DNA from: a virus
Lineage: Duplodnaviria > Caudoviricetes
Length of the DNA: 64,000 bases
Strand: one strand, 5' to 3'
Virus record (IMG/VR): IMGVR_UViG_3300032030_000007
Location: 160,001 to 224,000 of that record
Under the pieces are notes generated by a model. It did no database searches. It saw nothing but the letters and a program-made list of their open reading frames with translations, and had not been told where the DNA came from. Numbering within the stretch: the first letter of the stretch is position 1; every line of letters starts with the position of its first letter. The position numbers and the translations under genes were made by a program. Positions 42,764 through 54,198 of this stretch are shown here, piece after piece.

Positions 42764-44347
42764 ATGAGTGAAAATAGACAATCAACTGATTTAAGTAGAT
42801 TTAATGAAAAATATCTTAAATGCATAGTAACAAAAAGACCAAGTACTATGCGTGTACTTAAAGATCATGGTGCTGTAATTATATATCAGAATTCAGGATA
42901 TAACTTTTTATATCTTGGAGATGAATTTATTGCATCAGGATATGGATTTAAGACACAAGAAGAATTGAATTCTGCTGTAGATATTATAAATAAATATGCT
43001 TCAAATAATGAATCAATAAATAATAAGTTAGAAGAACTTGAAGAAGCATTAAATAATATTGTACAGAATGTTCAAGATATGCTTGATGATTATAAGCCTG
43101 TTATCTATGTAAAAGATAAAAATGGTACTGAAGCATTATTGAATGAATTATTCTTCCACGGTAAGACAGCAGAATATAAAGATTTTGAAATAACAAGCAT
43201 ATCTAAAACAATCACTTATAATAACAATAAGACTATAATTATTCCCGCAGATCAAAATATAATTGATTTTCCATTAGGAACAATAATTAGAAAAGTATCA
43301 TATACATTACATTGTGAGTTAAATGATTGTGGTGGTATTAATCATATTTATACATCATATTATCCAGATTCAGAAGCTGCTATTGAAGGAAACGTGCAAA
43401 CCAGTTCAATTAGTAACGTTCAATGGCAGAATTTAGCAAAACAGAAAAGTTTAATCATATCACATGAATTTGTGGATCCATTTGTTGTAGATTTTTACCA
43501 AGATGTTAAATTAATTAATAATGTAAGAATAGATATTGCAGAAACAACAAAAGAACAATATAAGCCTTATCCTGAATTAGAATTAACTGAAGGAGAATCA
43601 TTTGAATTATATTCATTAGAAAATATTATTCGAGATCATAGCATATATATTGATCCTTTATGGATTCATCCTACATTATCAATAAGATATTATTTGGAAA
43701 GCGAATCAACGGATATAAATGAAATTAAACATACTTTAGAAAATAGAACTTCCACAGATCAAAACAAAGGAGAAATAGAACTTAAGAATCTTAATAAAGG
43801 TGATGTTAATGATATATACATTGATATAGATAGAAAGAATATAAAGAAAATACATATTTTTGTACCAGTATCATGTGCAATACATGCAGTTCATTATATA
43901 ACAAATACTACTGAATATACACATGCCAGTGATTATAATTGGACTGGTGCAGTTGGCGTATTAAAGCATTTAAGTAATTCTCAACCAATTACTTTATCTT
44001 ATAATAGATGTGATATTAATGGGTCTGAACATATATTTTATATTCAATATAATATGTATCAATTGCAAATATCTTCAGAAACAAATGTAACGTTAACTGA
44101 TACAGGAAAGCTTCATTTAAGATTATTTATGTTAAATGGTGAATTCAATACTGATTTGCATGATGGAGGCAGTGATATTGAAATCATTGAACCTGCAACT
44201 TGGGAATTACTTAATAATGAAGACTTTAATAGAATGTATTGGATAAGCTATAAGAATCTTGAAGAAGATGAAGAATCAAATATTAATGCTCTTGAAAGTG
44301 AAATTAGTAGATGTTATGGAAGAGGTATAACAAACATAAGTTCATAA
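42764..44347 (+). CDS. Putative structural protein
   Basis: 527 aa; context. Confidence 0.6.
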   Translation: MSENRQSTDLSRFNEKYLKCIVTKRPSTMRVLKDHGAVIIYQNSGYNFLYLGDEFIASGYGFKTQEELNSAVDIINKYASNNESINNKLEELEEALNNIVQNVQDMLDDYKPVIYVKDKNGTEALLNELFFHGKTAEYKDFEITSISKTITYNNNKTIIIPADQNIIDFPLGTIIRKVSYTLHCELNDCGGINHIYTSYYPDSEAAIEGNVQTSSISNVQWQNLAKQKSLIISHEFVDPFVVDFYQDVKLINNVRIDIAETTKEQYKPYPELELTEGESFELYSLENIIRDHSIYIDPLWIHPTLSIRYYLESESTDINEIKHTLENRTSTDQNKGEIELKNLNKGDVNDIYIDIDRKNIKKIHIFVPVSCAIHAVHYITNTTEYTHASDYNWTGAVGVLKHLSNSQPITLSYNRCDINGSEHIFYIQYNMYQLQISSETNVTLTDTGKLHLRLFMLNGEFNTDLHDGGSDIEIIEPATWELLNNEDFNRMYWISYKNLEEDEESNINALESEISRCYGRGITNISS

Positions 44348-44389
44348 AAAATAATATTATTAAATATATATATAAAAGTATAATATAAT

Positions 44390-47023
44390 ATGGGAAGTCA
44401 AAATAATAATGACATATCTTTATTTCAGAAAATAATATTTGTAGATAATATTCCTAATGAAGAGGAAGCAAAAAGATTATCTGAAAAATATCCATTTTGT
44501 GTTTTTGTAACAGATGATAATGAAGATGGACCAAAAGGAATTACTCAAGCCAATATTAATGGTGCTTCTTCAAATATGTGGAAAGGTGGTCATCGTTTAA
44601 CAAAATTCATAAATGTGGATCCTGAAATGGATAATATTGGAATGGATACATATTCAATAAAATTAACATTTGACTCTGATACTGGACTTCTTGGAATTAA
44701 AACAGTTCAGAAAATTGAAGATTATAAGTTAATAGGAATAACATATAAGAAAAAAGATAATAGTTGGAGAACATTCATAAATAAGTCTGATATAACAGCA
44801 GATATTGATGCGCATCGTGTTGATAATATTACAATGGCTGAATGGGAAGACGATGAAATGAGTTATGATGAATTATCATATAATAACAGTAATGAAAGTT
44901 TCTTATTTGATACTATAGATTCTGTTGATAATAAATTATATTTCATTATTAGATACTTTGCACGTGATGCTCAAGGATTAAGTACAGTTCCAGTTCAATC
45001 ATTTGATATTATTTCAAATAATAATGAAAAAATAGAAATAATAGGAACTCCAGAATATGCAGAACAGAAACTTGAAAATATTTTAGATGGTAATAGTTCA
45101 GAAAAGGAATCTAAAAAACAGGTTATTGGAAAATATACATGTAGATTTAATCCAAACAGCGAATATGCATATACTGATGTAATGTATGAATTACAACTTA
45201 AAGAAAATGCAACATCTGCTACTCAAGTATCATTCTCATTTGTCGGATTGAAAGATGTATTTAGTCCAATGAATGTAATTTATAATACTGGTTGGATTAA
45301 TCCATTATCATTTAAATTATTTATTAACGATATTGAAATTAATGATAATGATAATCCTTTCTATGTAATGCCTTCAGATATAGCAACATGTGTTGTTAAA
45401 ATGACACCAAGTAATGTAAGACCATTACAGTTATCATTAAATAATTTTGAAGATGATTTCATTAATACAAATGCAGCATTAATTTATAATAGTATAAGTA
45501 ATGATGTATCTGATACTTTTACATTCTATGTTGCATGTCCAAGTAAATTTACTTATGGAAGTACATTAGCAGAATCATTAAAAACTACTCCTATTAGCTT
45601 TAGAATAAAAAACAGAGATAACTATGGTAATTCATCAACCATTCAATATGAAAGTTTAGAATATAAAATTAATCAATATATCTATTATGGATTAGAATTG
45701 AATAGTAATCCATGGACACCTTATGGTCTTGTTACATCTGGTGATCAATTAGGATTTAATACACATGAAGTTTATGCATTATTTACAGATTTAAATAGAT
45801 CTATTGTAAAGAAACGTGAAATACAATCAAATGATAGTGGCATTTCGGTTGGTATGACATTAGTATCTGATGCTAATAATTATGAACCTTCAACAGTTAA
45901 TTTACCTAGTACAATTACTTTAGGAAGCGGTGTATCTATTGTTACTCCTTGGATTAAGACAACTAGATTATTAGCTGGAGAAACTAATAAGACACAAGAT
46001 TATATATGTGTTACATATTCATATCATGGATATACTGATAATACTTCTCATAATAAGTATATTAAAGCAGATACATTAACAGAAATACGTATTGCATCTA
46101 ATGGTGTTAATTCAATAGCATTTGAAGAAGCACAAATTGCTTCTGGTACAATTGCTCATATTATTAAACGCTCAGGAACTCCTATTGAATTTATATATAG
46201 TAAAGGACAAGTTATAGATGGATTTAAATGGGGATATAGAGAAAGCTTAAATACTCTTAGAGATAATATAATAATTGGATTAGAAGGTTCTGCATTGTTA
46301 GAAAATAATCATTTAACTGTTGATACAGGTAATAGTAAAATTAATTATCAATCTGATGATGCAAGAGAACAAGACAATACAGTTATTGCAAAATTAAAAT
46401 ATGAGAATAAGATTTCAACTGATTACATATCTATTATTGTTAACAAATTAGTAATTAATTGGTATGTTTATATTGGACCAATTGATTGGACAGAAAATGG
46501 AACAGTTCAACATACAATACCAGCTGGAACATATACACTTAATAATCATCATATTACATTGCCATCTATACCTGGTGAAAACGATGGTAATAATGTAATT
46601 CCTAATAATGGTGTAGATCCTGCATGGCTAGGTCCAAATACAGATGGTGTTATATCAGTACCAGATCACGTTGATGGAGACTTTACATTCTATAAAGGTG
46701 GGTGGATTAATATAGGATTAAAAGATGATGTTATTCGTAGAGGAGATGATAATCCATTATGGGGTTTCTCTGACGTAAGATTAATAATGACTGCTAATGC
46801 AGCAGATATGACTGATAGTACAAGAACATCTTATTTAATAATTTCACCAGTTGGAATAACATGGGAAGATGCATTTAAAACAACAAAGAAAGATAACACT
46901 GTTATATTGCCACAATGTACATTTGCAAAAGATACATATAATATGACAGTAGTTCCACAAGAATTCATGTTTGGTCTTTTGGAAGGTTTTAACTATAAAT
47001 TATATTATAAAGCAAATACATAA
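44390..47023 (+). CDS. Putative tail/fibre protein with a divergent C-terminal module
   Basis: 877 aa; C-terminal WYVYIG...GGW...YLIISP.GITWEDAF. Confidence 0.6.
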   Translation: MGSQNNNDISLFQKIIFVDNIPNEEEAKRLSEKYPFCVFVTDDNEDGPKGITQANINGASSNMWKGGHRLTKFINVDPEMDNIGMDTYSIKLTFDSDTGLLGIKTVQKIEDYKLIGITYKKKDNSWRTFINKSDITADIDAHRVDNITMAEWEDDEMSYDELSYNNSNESFLFDTIDSVDNKLYFIIRYFARDAQGLSTVPVQSFDIISNNNEKIEIIGTPEYAEQKLENILDGNSSEKESKKQVIGKYTCRFNPNSEYAYTDVMYELQLKENATSATQVSFSFVGLKDVFSPMNVIYNTGWINPLSFKLFINDIEINDNDNPFYVMPSDIATCVVKMTPSNVRPLQLSLNNFEDDFINTNAALIYNSISNDVSDTFTFYVACPSKFTYGSTLAESLKTTPISFRIKNRDNYGNSSTIQYESLEYKINQYIYYGLELNSNPWTPYGLVTSGDQLGFNTHEVYALFTDLNRSIVKKREIQSNDSGISVGMTLVSDANNYEPSTVNLPSTITLGSGVSIVTPWIKTTRLLAGETNKTQDYICVTYSYHGYTDNTSHNKYIKADTLTEIRIASNGVNSIAFEEAQIASGTIAHIIKRSGTPIEFIYSKGQVIDGFKWGYRESLNTLRDNIIIGLEGSALLENNHLTVDTGNSKINYQSDDAREQDNTVIAKLKYENKISTDYISIIVNKLVINWYVYIGPIDWTENGTVQHTIPAGTYTLNNHHITLPSIPGENDGNNVIPNNGVDPAWLGPNTDGVISVPDHVDGDFTFYKGGWINIGLKDDVIRRGDDNPLWGFSDVRLIMTANAADMTDSTRTSYLIISPVGITWEDAFKTTKKDNTVILPQCTFAKDTYNMTVVPQEFMFGLLEGFNYKLYYKANT

Positions 47024-47043
47024 ATTAATTAATAAAATAAATT

Positions 47044-47793
47044 ATGAATACAATTATTAATCATAGTTTTGACAACCAGTATAAAAACAATGCTAAATTG
47101 TTTGATACAGATTATAAAGAGATATGTGGTATAAAATTTCATGATTTTTCATATGCAAGTTATGATGAAAAAACAGGTAAAGGTATTGCACAACCAGTAG
47201 CAGGTTCCATTATGAACGTTGTTGGTAAGAGATATATTACAAATGCATTAGAAGCATTGAATTCACAGGATGCTGATGTAAAAAAAGGATTTGACCAAAT
47301 GAACAAACTTTTATCAATGATGTGGATTAACTGGAATGGTGCAGAAATTGAAAAAGGAAACTGGGCAACTGGTGCAAATGCAATTATTAGTACAACACCA
47401 GAATTCTTATTGATATTCAATAATGTTGTTTCAACTGTATATGAAAAGGTTGTTGTAGAAAACAACATTTCAAATAGAATAACAAGATCTAAGGTTAAGG
47501 TCGTTAATATAAATTCAAATATTTCAAACCCAACACCTGGTGATAGCTCATTTGAAAATTATGAAATTTGGGATGTTATATATAAGAATACAAGTTCAAC
47601 TAATGAGTATGAAATAACATTTACAAATGGTGCTCAAATAGCTACAACAGAAATTTCTGGTGGTGCTGTAATGAAAGTTCCTACAGGTTCTGAAAATTTA
47701 GTAGTAGTTGTTCCACCAAATGGTTATGGAGAAATCAATTACTTAAGATTGGATGAAGGCAATGCAAAAACCGTTTGGGTAAGAGGCGTATAA
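47044..47793 (+). CDS. Putative fibre-associated protein
   Basis: Shares G[I].F and I[DN]WNGA motifs with the collagen fibre N-terminus. Confidence 0.6.
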   Translation: MNTIINHSFDNQYKNNAKLFDTDYKEICGIKFHDFSYASYDEKTGKGIAQPVAGSIMNVVGKRYITNALEALNSQDADVKKGFDQMNKLLSMMWINWNGAEIEKGNWATGANAIISTTPEFLLIFNNVVSTVYEKVVVENNISNRITRSKVKVVNINSNISNPTPGDSSFENYEIWDVIYKNTSSTNEYEITFTNGAQIATTEISGGAVMKVPTGSENLVVVVPPNGYGEINYLRLDEGNAKTVWVRGV

Positions 47794-47816
47794 CATATAT
47801 AATGATAATAAACTTT

Positions 47817-47846
47817 AAAATAGGTAGCAATATTGTTACCTATTTT
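47817..47846 (+). terminator. Intrinsic terminator
   Basis: aaaataggta...tacctatttt stem plus T tract. Confidence 0.75.
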
Positions 47847-47880
47847 TATTTTTAATTAAATATAATGATTGCTTAATATA

Positions 47881-48342
47881 ATGTTAAACTATAAAATAAT
47901 TAATTATAAACCAACTATAACAAGAAATAATGAGGAATATTTTGATTTATTGGGGGACGTATTTAATAAAGACATTTTAATAACAGGTTATCCAATTATT
48001 ATAAATGAATATTATGTGGCCCGTCCTGATTTAGTTTCATTAGCGGTTTACGGTGATGATAGATATGGAGACATTATATGTAAAGTAAATGGCATAAGTA
48101 ATCCATTTGAACTTAATGAAGATGATATGATTTTCATTCCAAATATTGATTATATAAATGAATGCGTAAAAGCAAGTAAAATTAATTCAGACTTCATTAA
48201 TGATCCTAAAACAGATACTATTGAATTAAAGGATACAAATAATTATCAAAAGAAAAAGAATGAATTACGTTCACCAAATGAACAGACTTTAGGAGATAAC
48301 AATTATATTATAGACAAATCATTAGGAGTTGTTTTTTATTAA
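47881..48342 (+). CDS. Baseplate wedge protein, T4 gp53/LysM-like
   Basis: ARPDLVSLAVYGDDRY.DIICKVNGISNPFEL.EDD.IFIP. Confidence 0.8.
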   Translation: MLNYKIINYKPTITRNNEEYFDLLGDVFNKDILITGYPIIINEYYVARPDLVSLAVYGDDRYGDIICKVNGISNPFELNEDDMIFIPNIDYINECVKASKINSDFINDPKTDTIELKDTNNYQKKKNELRSPNEQTLGDNNYIIDKSLGVVFY

Positions 48343-48355
48343 ATTATAAGTTAAT

Positions 48356-50422
48356 ATGGGAAATTTTTCTTATCTTACATCAGATCAATTAAATACTGAA
48401 AAACAATTAAGGGAAACAGATATAAAATCACATGAAAACCAAATTGCTTCAGTACAATCTAAATTAAATTCAAACAAGGCTCAATTAGAAAGTCTTAATA
48501 CAGAATATGCAGCACTTGAAAAAAATATCATAAGTGGTGATATAACTTCAAGTGATATTGATAGATTTAATGAATTAGGACAACAAATTAATAATCTAAA
48601 AGAAGATATTGAAATTGGTACTCAAGATTTGCAAAATTTAAAAGATGATTTACAATTTGAAAAGGACCAATTAAATGATGTAAACAAAGAAATTTCTGAA
48701 AGAAGTGGAGAATATAAAACAAAAAAGGAAGAAACTACTGAAGAGAAAAAAGAAACTACTGAAGAGAAAAAAGAAACTACTGAAGAGAAAAAAGTTACTG
48801 ATGAAACTAAAAAGGAAGACACAACACAAAAGAACCATGAAGAAGGTTCAGAAGATTCTAATCATCTAACAAAAGAATTTAGTAATGAAAATTATACAGA
48901 CCCAAAGGTAGTATTTGATCCTATTAAAAGTTTTGCAAATGTTGTAACTCCTTATATATCTCATAGCTATAATAATGAAAAAACACCAGAAGGTATGAAT
49001 GCTTCTCAAAATAACACTAATGATAGTTTAAGATTAGATGGCATACAATATCCATTAGTTGTTATTAATGAACGTAATATATCGAATTTTGATATTGAAT
49101 ATATGAAAATGCAGTTTACTGATTTTTTACCAGAATTAGTAATAACTGTACATGATGAACACCAACAAGAAATTAAGATTAGTACATCACAAATGAGTGG
49201 ATCTATTCGTGTTGTTATAACATCAGCGGTAGATAAAGTATATAAGAAGATAAAAATGAATTTTAGAATCTATGATATGAAGGTTAGTCCTTATGATCAT
49301 AGAAAAGTAACATATTATGGAACATATGATTTAGATTCACTTCGTAACGTAAATACTGGACTTATTTATAAAGATAATTATAAAGCAACAACTTGGGAGA
49401 TGCTTTGGAAAATAGCAAAAAATACAGGATTAGGTTTTGCAGCAACAAAAGAAACAAAAAATATTGAAGATAGAATATATCGTAATATATTTACACAACG
49501 ATATGACCAATATATTAAACAGCAAATGCTATATTCTGGAGTTGATGAAGATAGCATAATGGATGCATGGATAGATCCATATAATTATATCATATTAGTT
49601 AACCTATCATGGTTATTTTCAGAATCACCAAATCATAACGAATTATCAATTGTTTCAAATATTGGATTTAATGGAACAAGCTGGGATACTCCTGAAGCTC
49701 ATCCTATAAAAGTTCCTAGATTATTAACAAATTTCAATCAATTAAATACAGATAATAATTTATTTATTCAATCATATAAAATAAGTGTAAATAATAATAT
49801 AGTTCATAGAGGAACACTTGAAAGAATCTATAATATTAGTTGGCAAAATAATGTTACAATATTAGAAACAACTGATATTACAACAAAACAAGATTCTGTT
49901 GATGGTGAACATATAGAAGACTATGAAACTGGTTCAAATAGACCAATACCTGTATTTAACTTTAATGAAGATGGGCACAATCTTAATAGTCAAAAAATAA
50001 TAAGACAACATTTCTTTAGAAAGATACGTCAATCAGTATTTAGAGTTACAATGGAAAAAGTTAATTTAGGTTTGCAACGAGGTACATTGGTTGAAGTTAT
50101 GATATGGGAACAGGATGCAGTAAATAAAGAAATAATGATATCACAACCAGAAAACCTTGAAGGAGATCAAAGTTTTGAAAGAAAAAAAATGGATTATCAT
50201 TCTGAACCTGGTCCAACTGATGATGAAATGGTAAACCAAGAAGGATTACAGGTAGCTAATCAAAAATTATCTGGTCTTTACTATATAGATGGCATAGAAT
50301 ATGAATATTCAAAAGCAAATAGAATTATAGAACAATCGTTAAATTTAATTAAAGTTGGAAAGACATCAGGATATAATAACTATTATTCTAATCCTAAATA
50401 TACACCTACTAAAATACAATAA
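48356..50422 (+). CDS. Baseplate hub-like protein (gp27/GpD-like) with an N-terminal coiled coil and charged repeats
   Basis: Follows the gp53-like gene; C-terminal LQRGTLVEV...KLSGLYYIDGIEY.Y...Q.LNL typical of hub proteins. Confidence 0.6.
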   Translation: MGNFSYLTSDQLNTEKQLRETDIKSHENQIASVQSKLNSNKAQLESLNTEYAALEKNIISGDITSSDIDRFNELGQQINNLKEDIEIGTQDLQNLKDDLQFEKDQLNDVNKEISERSGEYKTKKEETTEEKKETTEEKKETTEEKKVTDETKKEDTTQKNHEEGSEDSNHLTKEFSNENYTDPKVVFDPIKSFANVVTPYISHSYNNEKTPEGMNASQNNTNDSLRLDGIQYPLVVINERNISNFDIEYMKMQFTDFLPELVITVHDEHQQEIKISTSQMSGSIRVVITSAVDKVYKKIKMNFRIYDMKVSPYDHRKVTYYGTYDLDSLRNVNTGLIYKDNYKATTWEMLWKIAKNTGLGFAATKETKNIEDRIYRNIFTQRYDQYIKQQMLYSGVDEDSIMDAWIDPYNYIILVNLSWLFSESPNHNELSIVSNIGFNGTSWDTPEAHPIKVPRLLTNFNQLNTDNNLFIQSYKISVNNNIVHRGTLERIYNISWQNNVTILETTDITTKQDSVDGEHIEDYETGSNRPIPVFNFNEDGHNLNSQKIIRQHFFRKIRQSVFRVTMEKVNLGLQRGTLVEVMIWEQDAVNKEIMISQPENLEGDQSFERKKMDYHSEPGPTDDEMVNQEGLQVANQKLSGLYYIDGIEYEYSKANRIIEQSLNLIKVGKTSGYNNYYSNPKYTPTKIQ
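48731..48793 (+). repeat. 3 x 21-bp tandem repeat (ETTEEKK)
   Basis: gaaactactgaagagaaaaaa x3. Confidence 0.95.
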
Positions 50423-51474
50423 TGAAGCATTACGAATCAATATCAGAATATAATGACGTAATATATAATTCACGTCCTGTAAAGTTAGATGATTATTTAT
50501 CTGACAAATATAATATTGTGCATAATGAATTATATAATGATGCATTAGGAAAATTCCTTAAAGATTATATATCAAAATATATTAATTGGGAATTCTTATA
50601 TCATATGTTTACATTAATTAATAGTGAAGATAATTATAACGATATTTTTGAAAATGAATTTAATAAAGATAATTCATATATCGTTAAAACTCTTGATTCA
50701 TTAGAAATTTCAAAAACTGAATTTGTTAATAAATTCGTACCTATTATTGAAGGATTAGTATATGATTTAAAACTGATTCTTCAAGAAAATATTAATGTAT
50801 CTCATTTATCAGATATCATTAAACTTACAATAGGAAACATTTATGATTTTAGAATAAGATTTGAAAATGGAATATATCTAGGAACAGAAAACGAAGAAAA
50901 TAATTCATTTATTCTTTCAGAAACTGATGACAATCCTTTCTTATTTATTATTGATTTAAATGATAGAATATTAAATATCAAATTTGATAGAACTGGAAAT
51001 TGGCTTTTGAAATTTGAAGATAATTATGATTATAGTACAATTAATGAATTTGAATTATCTCAAAAGATAATGGATAATACAAATATATCATTATTAGAAA
51101 AGATACAGAATTTAGCAGTAGAATTATTTAAGAAGTATCATAAGATAATTGAAGTTAAGAATACTGAATATTGGATGGAATCAGATATAATAGTAATTCA
51201 TAATAGTAAGCCATTTTCAAAACATGTCTATAATTTAAAAGATTTTTGGAATTATTATCAAAAGTTTGAAAATTATGATATATCTGACATTAAAATAACA
51301 AATGAAAATATTAATGATTCATATGTAAGTTATGTAGATTATATAAATGGCACAGCAAAAATGTATTCTAAAACAAATGATATTAATTATAATGTTAAAT
51401 TTAAATATTTAGATGAAAATTCAAAATTAGGAGACGAGTTATTAATGACAAATACATTTACATCACAAATATAA
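50422..51474 (+). CDS. Hypothetical protein
   Basis: 350-aa ORF, translationally coupled. Confidence 0.75.
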   Translation: MKHYESISEYNDVIYNSRPVKLDDYLSDKYNIVHNELYNDALGKFLKDYISKYINWEFLYHMFTLINSEDNYNDIFENEFNKDNSYIVKTLDSLEISKTEFVNKFVPIIEGLVYDLKLILQENINVSHLSDIIKLTIGNIYDFRIRFENGIYLGTENEENNSFILSETDDNPFLFIIDLNDRILNIKFDRTGNWLLKFEDNYDYSTINEFELSQKIMDNTNISLLEKIQNLAVELFKKYHKIIEVKNTEYWMESDIIVIHNSKPFSKHVYNLKDFWNYYQKFENYDISDIKITNENINDSYVSYVDYINGTAKMYSKTNDINYNVKFKYLDENSKLGDELLMTNTFTSQI

Positions 51475-51488
51475 TATTAATAAGTTAA

Positions 51489-53453
51489 ATGAGTTTTTTA
51501 GATTTAGGCAAGACAGTACTTAATGCAGGTAAAGAAGCATTAAGAGATGGTTTAACTGGTGGAATATTAAAAGGATTAGGAAAAGATAGCGCAAATGGAA
51601 AAATGGGCTATAATGAGTACGAATATGATGCAAATGGAAATATAAAAGGTGTCAATTCAAGTGCTGTTTCTGAGATATCTAAAATATATGGAACAAATTC
51701 AGGTAGTGCATATGATGGTATTCGTAGTGGTGGATTAACACAAGCAAATTATAGAAAATCAGATTCAGTATCATTAATAAAAGGATTTAGAACAAAATAT
51801 ACTGGAGTTGGAAACCCTGGTAAAATGGGATTCATGGGTGGTGAAAGATCACAAAATATTGATTCATCATATGAACATCCAGTAGATGCAAATCCATATA
51901 CAGATAATTTTAATTTGAAGCTTCCTACTTGGGGTTATGCAGATTTTATTAATGAACGTGCTATATGGCAAAAACAATTAGGTAGTATATTTGATGAACC
52001 TGCATGGTTTTATTTTAAGATATTTTTTGATTTTGATACTGGTCATGGGTTATTTGGTGGACTTTTAAATTCAGATGTATTTCATACTGCTCCAAATGGC
52101 GCTGCAAGATATTTATATAATGTAGGAGATATGTATAGGGAAGAAAATCCTAAAGATAGAATAAATGCATTATATAAATTTACTTCAATATTAAGTTATA
52201 TATGCAATAATGCTCCTTGGTATTTTAAAGGAGTACATGGATTAGATAAATTATCAATTCCTATAGTGGATGAATTTTCAAAAGAAAGATCAATTGAAAT
52301 AGAATTAAATCCTGATGCTATAGATATGCGTCTTACAACATTAATGTCATTATATAAATATGCATGTTGGGATGATTATAATCATAAAGAAATAATACCT
52401 GAAAACCTTCGTAAATTTAATATGTCAATTATTATATTTCAGACACCTTTAAGATATTTGCATACTTCATTTATGACAAATAAGAAAATGGAATTCATGG
52501 GTATAGATGTAAATGGATTAGCAGGCGGTTTAGGCGGAAAACTATTAAATACAATTGGCAAGGAAAAAGTAAATTATAAAACTATAGCAGGATATAATGG
52601 GGAAATACAAGATAGAATGTCATTTAAAATCTATTCATTATATGATTGTGAATTTGATATGGAAACATTTGCTGGTGTAATACCAGGTTCAATGTCAAAT
52701 GAAGAACCATTTCAATTAGGTAAGAATTCTATAAAGATTACATATTCAATGAGTACTGAGCATTCCATGAATGAATTTTTTGAAATGATGTATGGAACAA
52801 ACGGATTCTATTTTAATCAATATTCTACATTCCAAGATAACTCTTCAATAACAGCAACAGGAATAGATAGAAGAAACATGGGTGGAACTCAGGCAGCAGC
52901 TTCTCTTTTAAATGGTAATAGTTTTACAGGAGATGCAACAAGTGTTGCTCATGAAAAGCAATTAGAACGTTATAAAGCATTATCTGAAACATTTGGAAAT
53001 ATAGCTCAAGGCGGTACGATTCTTGGATTAGTAAACAAACCTAAAACATATCAAAAAGCAGTAGATGCAACTGAAGCATTAATGAATGGTTTATTTGAAC
53101 ATAATGACTTACTTGGTGATTTAGGTACAAATTATATTTTAGGATTTTTAGGTTCTTCAAAATCTACTGACGCTCCACAAGGAAATCTTTACGGAGATGT
53201 TGGTATTGGCTCAGCATATTTTAAAGATAAGTTAGAAATGCTTAAGCATGGTGTTCATGAAAATACAATGCCCCCATATACTTATGATGAAAACGGAAAT
53301 CCTGTGTTTGAAAAATATAAGCCTGCTAATGAATATTCTGCATATGATTGGCAACACACTAAACAGAATATAAGTAATTTTAATTTAAGTGATTATTTGA
53401 AACGAGGAGTTAATGATTTAGGAAATAAAACAAACAATATATTAAGGCGTTAA
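51489..53453 (+). CDS. Tail tube-like / baseplate tube initiator-like protein
   Basis: DEP.WFYF.I.F...PWYFK.V.GL...D.IDMR....Y....WD...PENLRKFNM.I...Y.L.DCEF, reminiscent of gp48/gp54-type tube-fold proteins; Gly-rich flanks. Confidence 0.5.
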   Translation: MSFLDLGKTVLNAGKEALRDGLTGGILKGLGKDSANGKMGYNEYEYDANGNIKGVNSSAVSEISKIYGTNSGSAYDGIRSGGLTQANYRKSDSVSLIKGFRTKYTGVGNPGKMGFMGGERSQNIDSSYEHPVDANPYTDNFNLKLPTWGYADFINERAIWQKQLGSIFDEPAWFYFKIFFDFDTGHGLFGGLLNSDVFHTAPNGAARYLYNVGDMYREENPKDRINALYKFTSILSYICNNAPWYFKGVHGLDKLSIPIVDEFSKERSIEIELNPDAIDMRLTTLMSLYKYACWDDYNHKEIIPENLRKFNMSIIIFQTPLRYLHTSFMTNKKMEFMGIDVNGLAGGLGGKLLNTIGKEKVNYKTIAGYNGEIQDRMSFKIYSLYDCEFDMETFAGVIPGSMSNEEPFQLGKNSIKITYSMSTEHSMNEFFEMMYGTNGFYFNQYSTFQDNSSITATGIDRRNMGGTQAAASLLNGNSFTGDATSVAHEKQLERYKALSETFGNIAQGGTILGLVNKPKTYQKAVDATEALMNGLFEHNDLLGDLGTNYILGFLGSSKSTDAPQGNLYGDVGIGSAYFKDKLEMLKHGVHENTMPPYTYDENGNPVFEKYKPANEYSAYDWQHTKQNISNFNLSDYLKRGVNDLGNKTNNILRR

Positions 53454-53501
53454 GGAAAGAATTTACAAAACAACCAACAAATAAAGTTGGTAATAAATAA
53501 T

Positions 53502-53529
53502 AAATGGCGGTTGTTAATGACCGCCATTT
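53502..53529. terminator. Hairpin between convergent units
   Basis: aaatggcggt/accgccattt. Confidence 0.75.
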
Positions 53530-54191
53530 GTTAATTGATTTATCTGTTCTTCTAGTTGTGTAATTCTTTGTTCTAATGAATGATGCTCATTATGAAGAAC
53601 ATCAGTATCAGAATATTTATTATCAATATCAAATGATATTTGATGTTGTTCACATAATGTTCTAACTTTATAAGCAAGATATGCAATATTTGGATTAGCC
53701 CATATTACTTTATGTATATTTTGATCTAAATATTCATTTATTGAATTAATTTTATTATGAGCATTTTGAACTCCTTTAGTAATATCTTCATTTACTTCAG
53801 TAAATTGTTTATTTACTTCACGTGATATAACGTCTTTTGCATTTTGTATTGCTGTATTTAATGCTTGTACAAATTGTTCATAAAGTGCATCTATATTTGC
53901 TTGTGAAATTGTTCCACCTGAACTAGTTTCAGATATAGGTTTAGCTAATTCTAAAAGGTATCCATCTTTATCACTTAGCCATAATGATGCAGCCTTTTGA
54001 ATATCGTTTCCATTAGAATCTTGAGGTATAGCAATTATTAATGCATTCTTTACTTGAACTGGGGTGCCACTTGATTCTAATTGAGCGAACTGAATTTCAC
54101 TTCCATTAGATATAATGATATTAAGTTCTTTACCTAATGAATTTTCTTTATTTCCAATATTAGTTGGAACTCTTTGAGTTTCGTTAGCCAT
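53514..54191 (-). CDS. Putative structural protein with coiled coil
   Basis: 225 aa, downstream of the gp15-like gene. Confidence 0.7.
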   Translation of the reverse strand: MANETQRVPTNIGNKENSLGKELNIIISNGSEIQFAQLESSGTPVQVKNALIIAIPQDSNGNDIQKAASLWLSDKDGYLLELAKPISETSSGGTISQANIDALYEQFVQALNTAIQNAKDVISREVNKQFTEVNEDITKGVQNAHNKINSINEYLDQNIHKVIWANPNIAYLAYKVRTLCEQHQISFDIDNKYSDTDVLHNEHHSLEQRITQLEEQINQLTNGGH

Positions 54192-54198
54192 ATATTAA

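Noticed and set aside
50422-50460. MKHYESISE (50422) and MKLKDYKEF (10136) as further CTS leaders
   Set aside because: Spacing of the hydrophobic residues and Glu does not fit the 4/8/10 pattern; not counted
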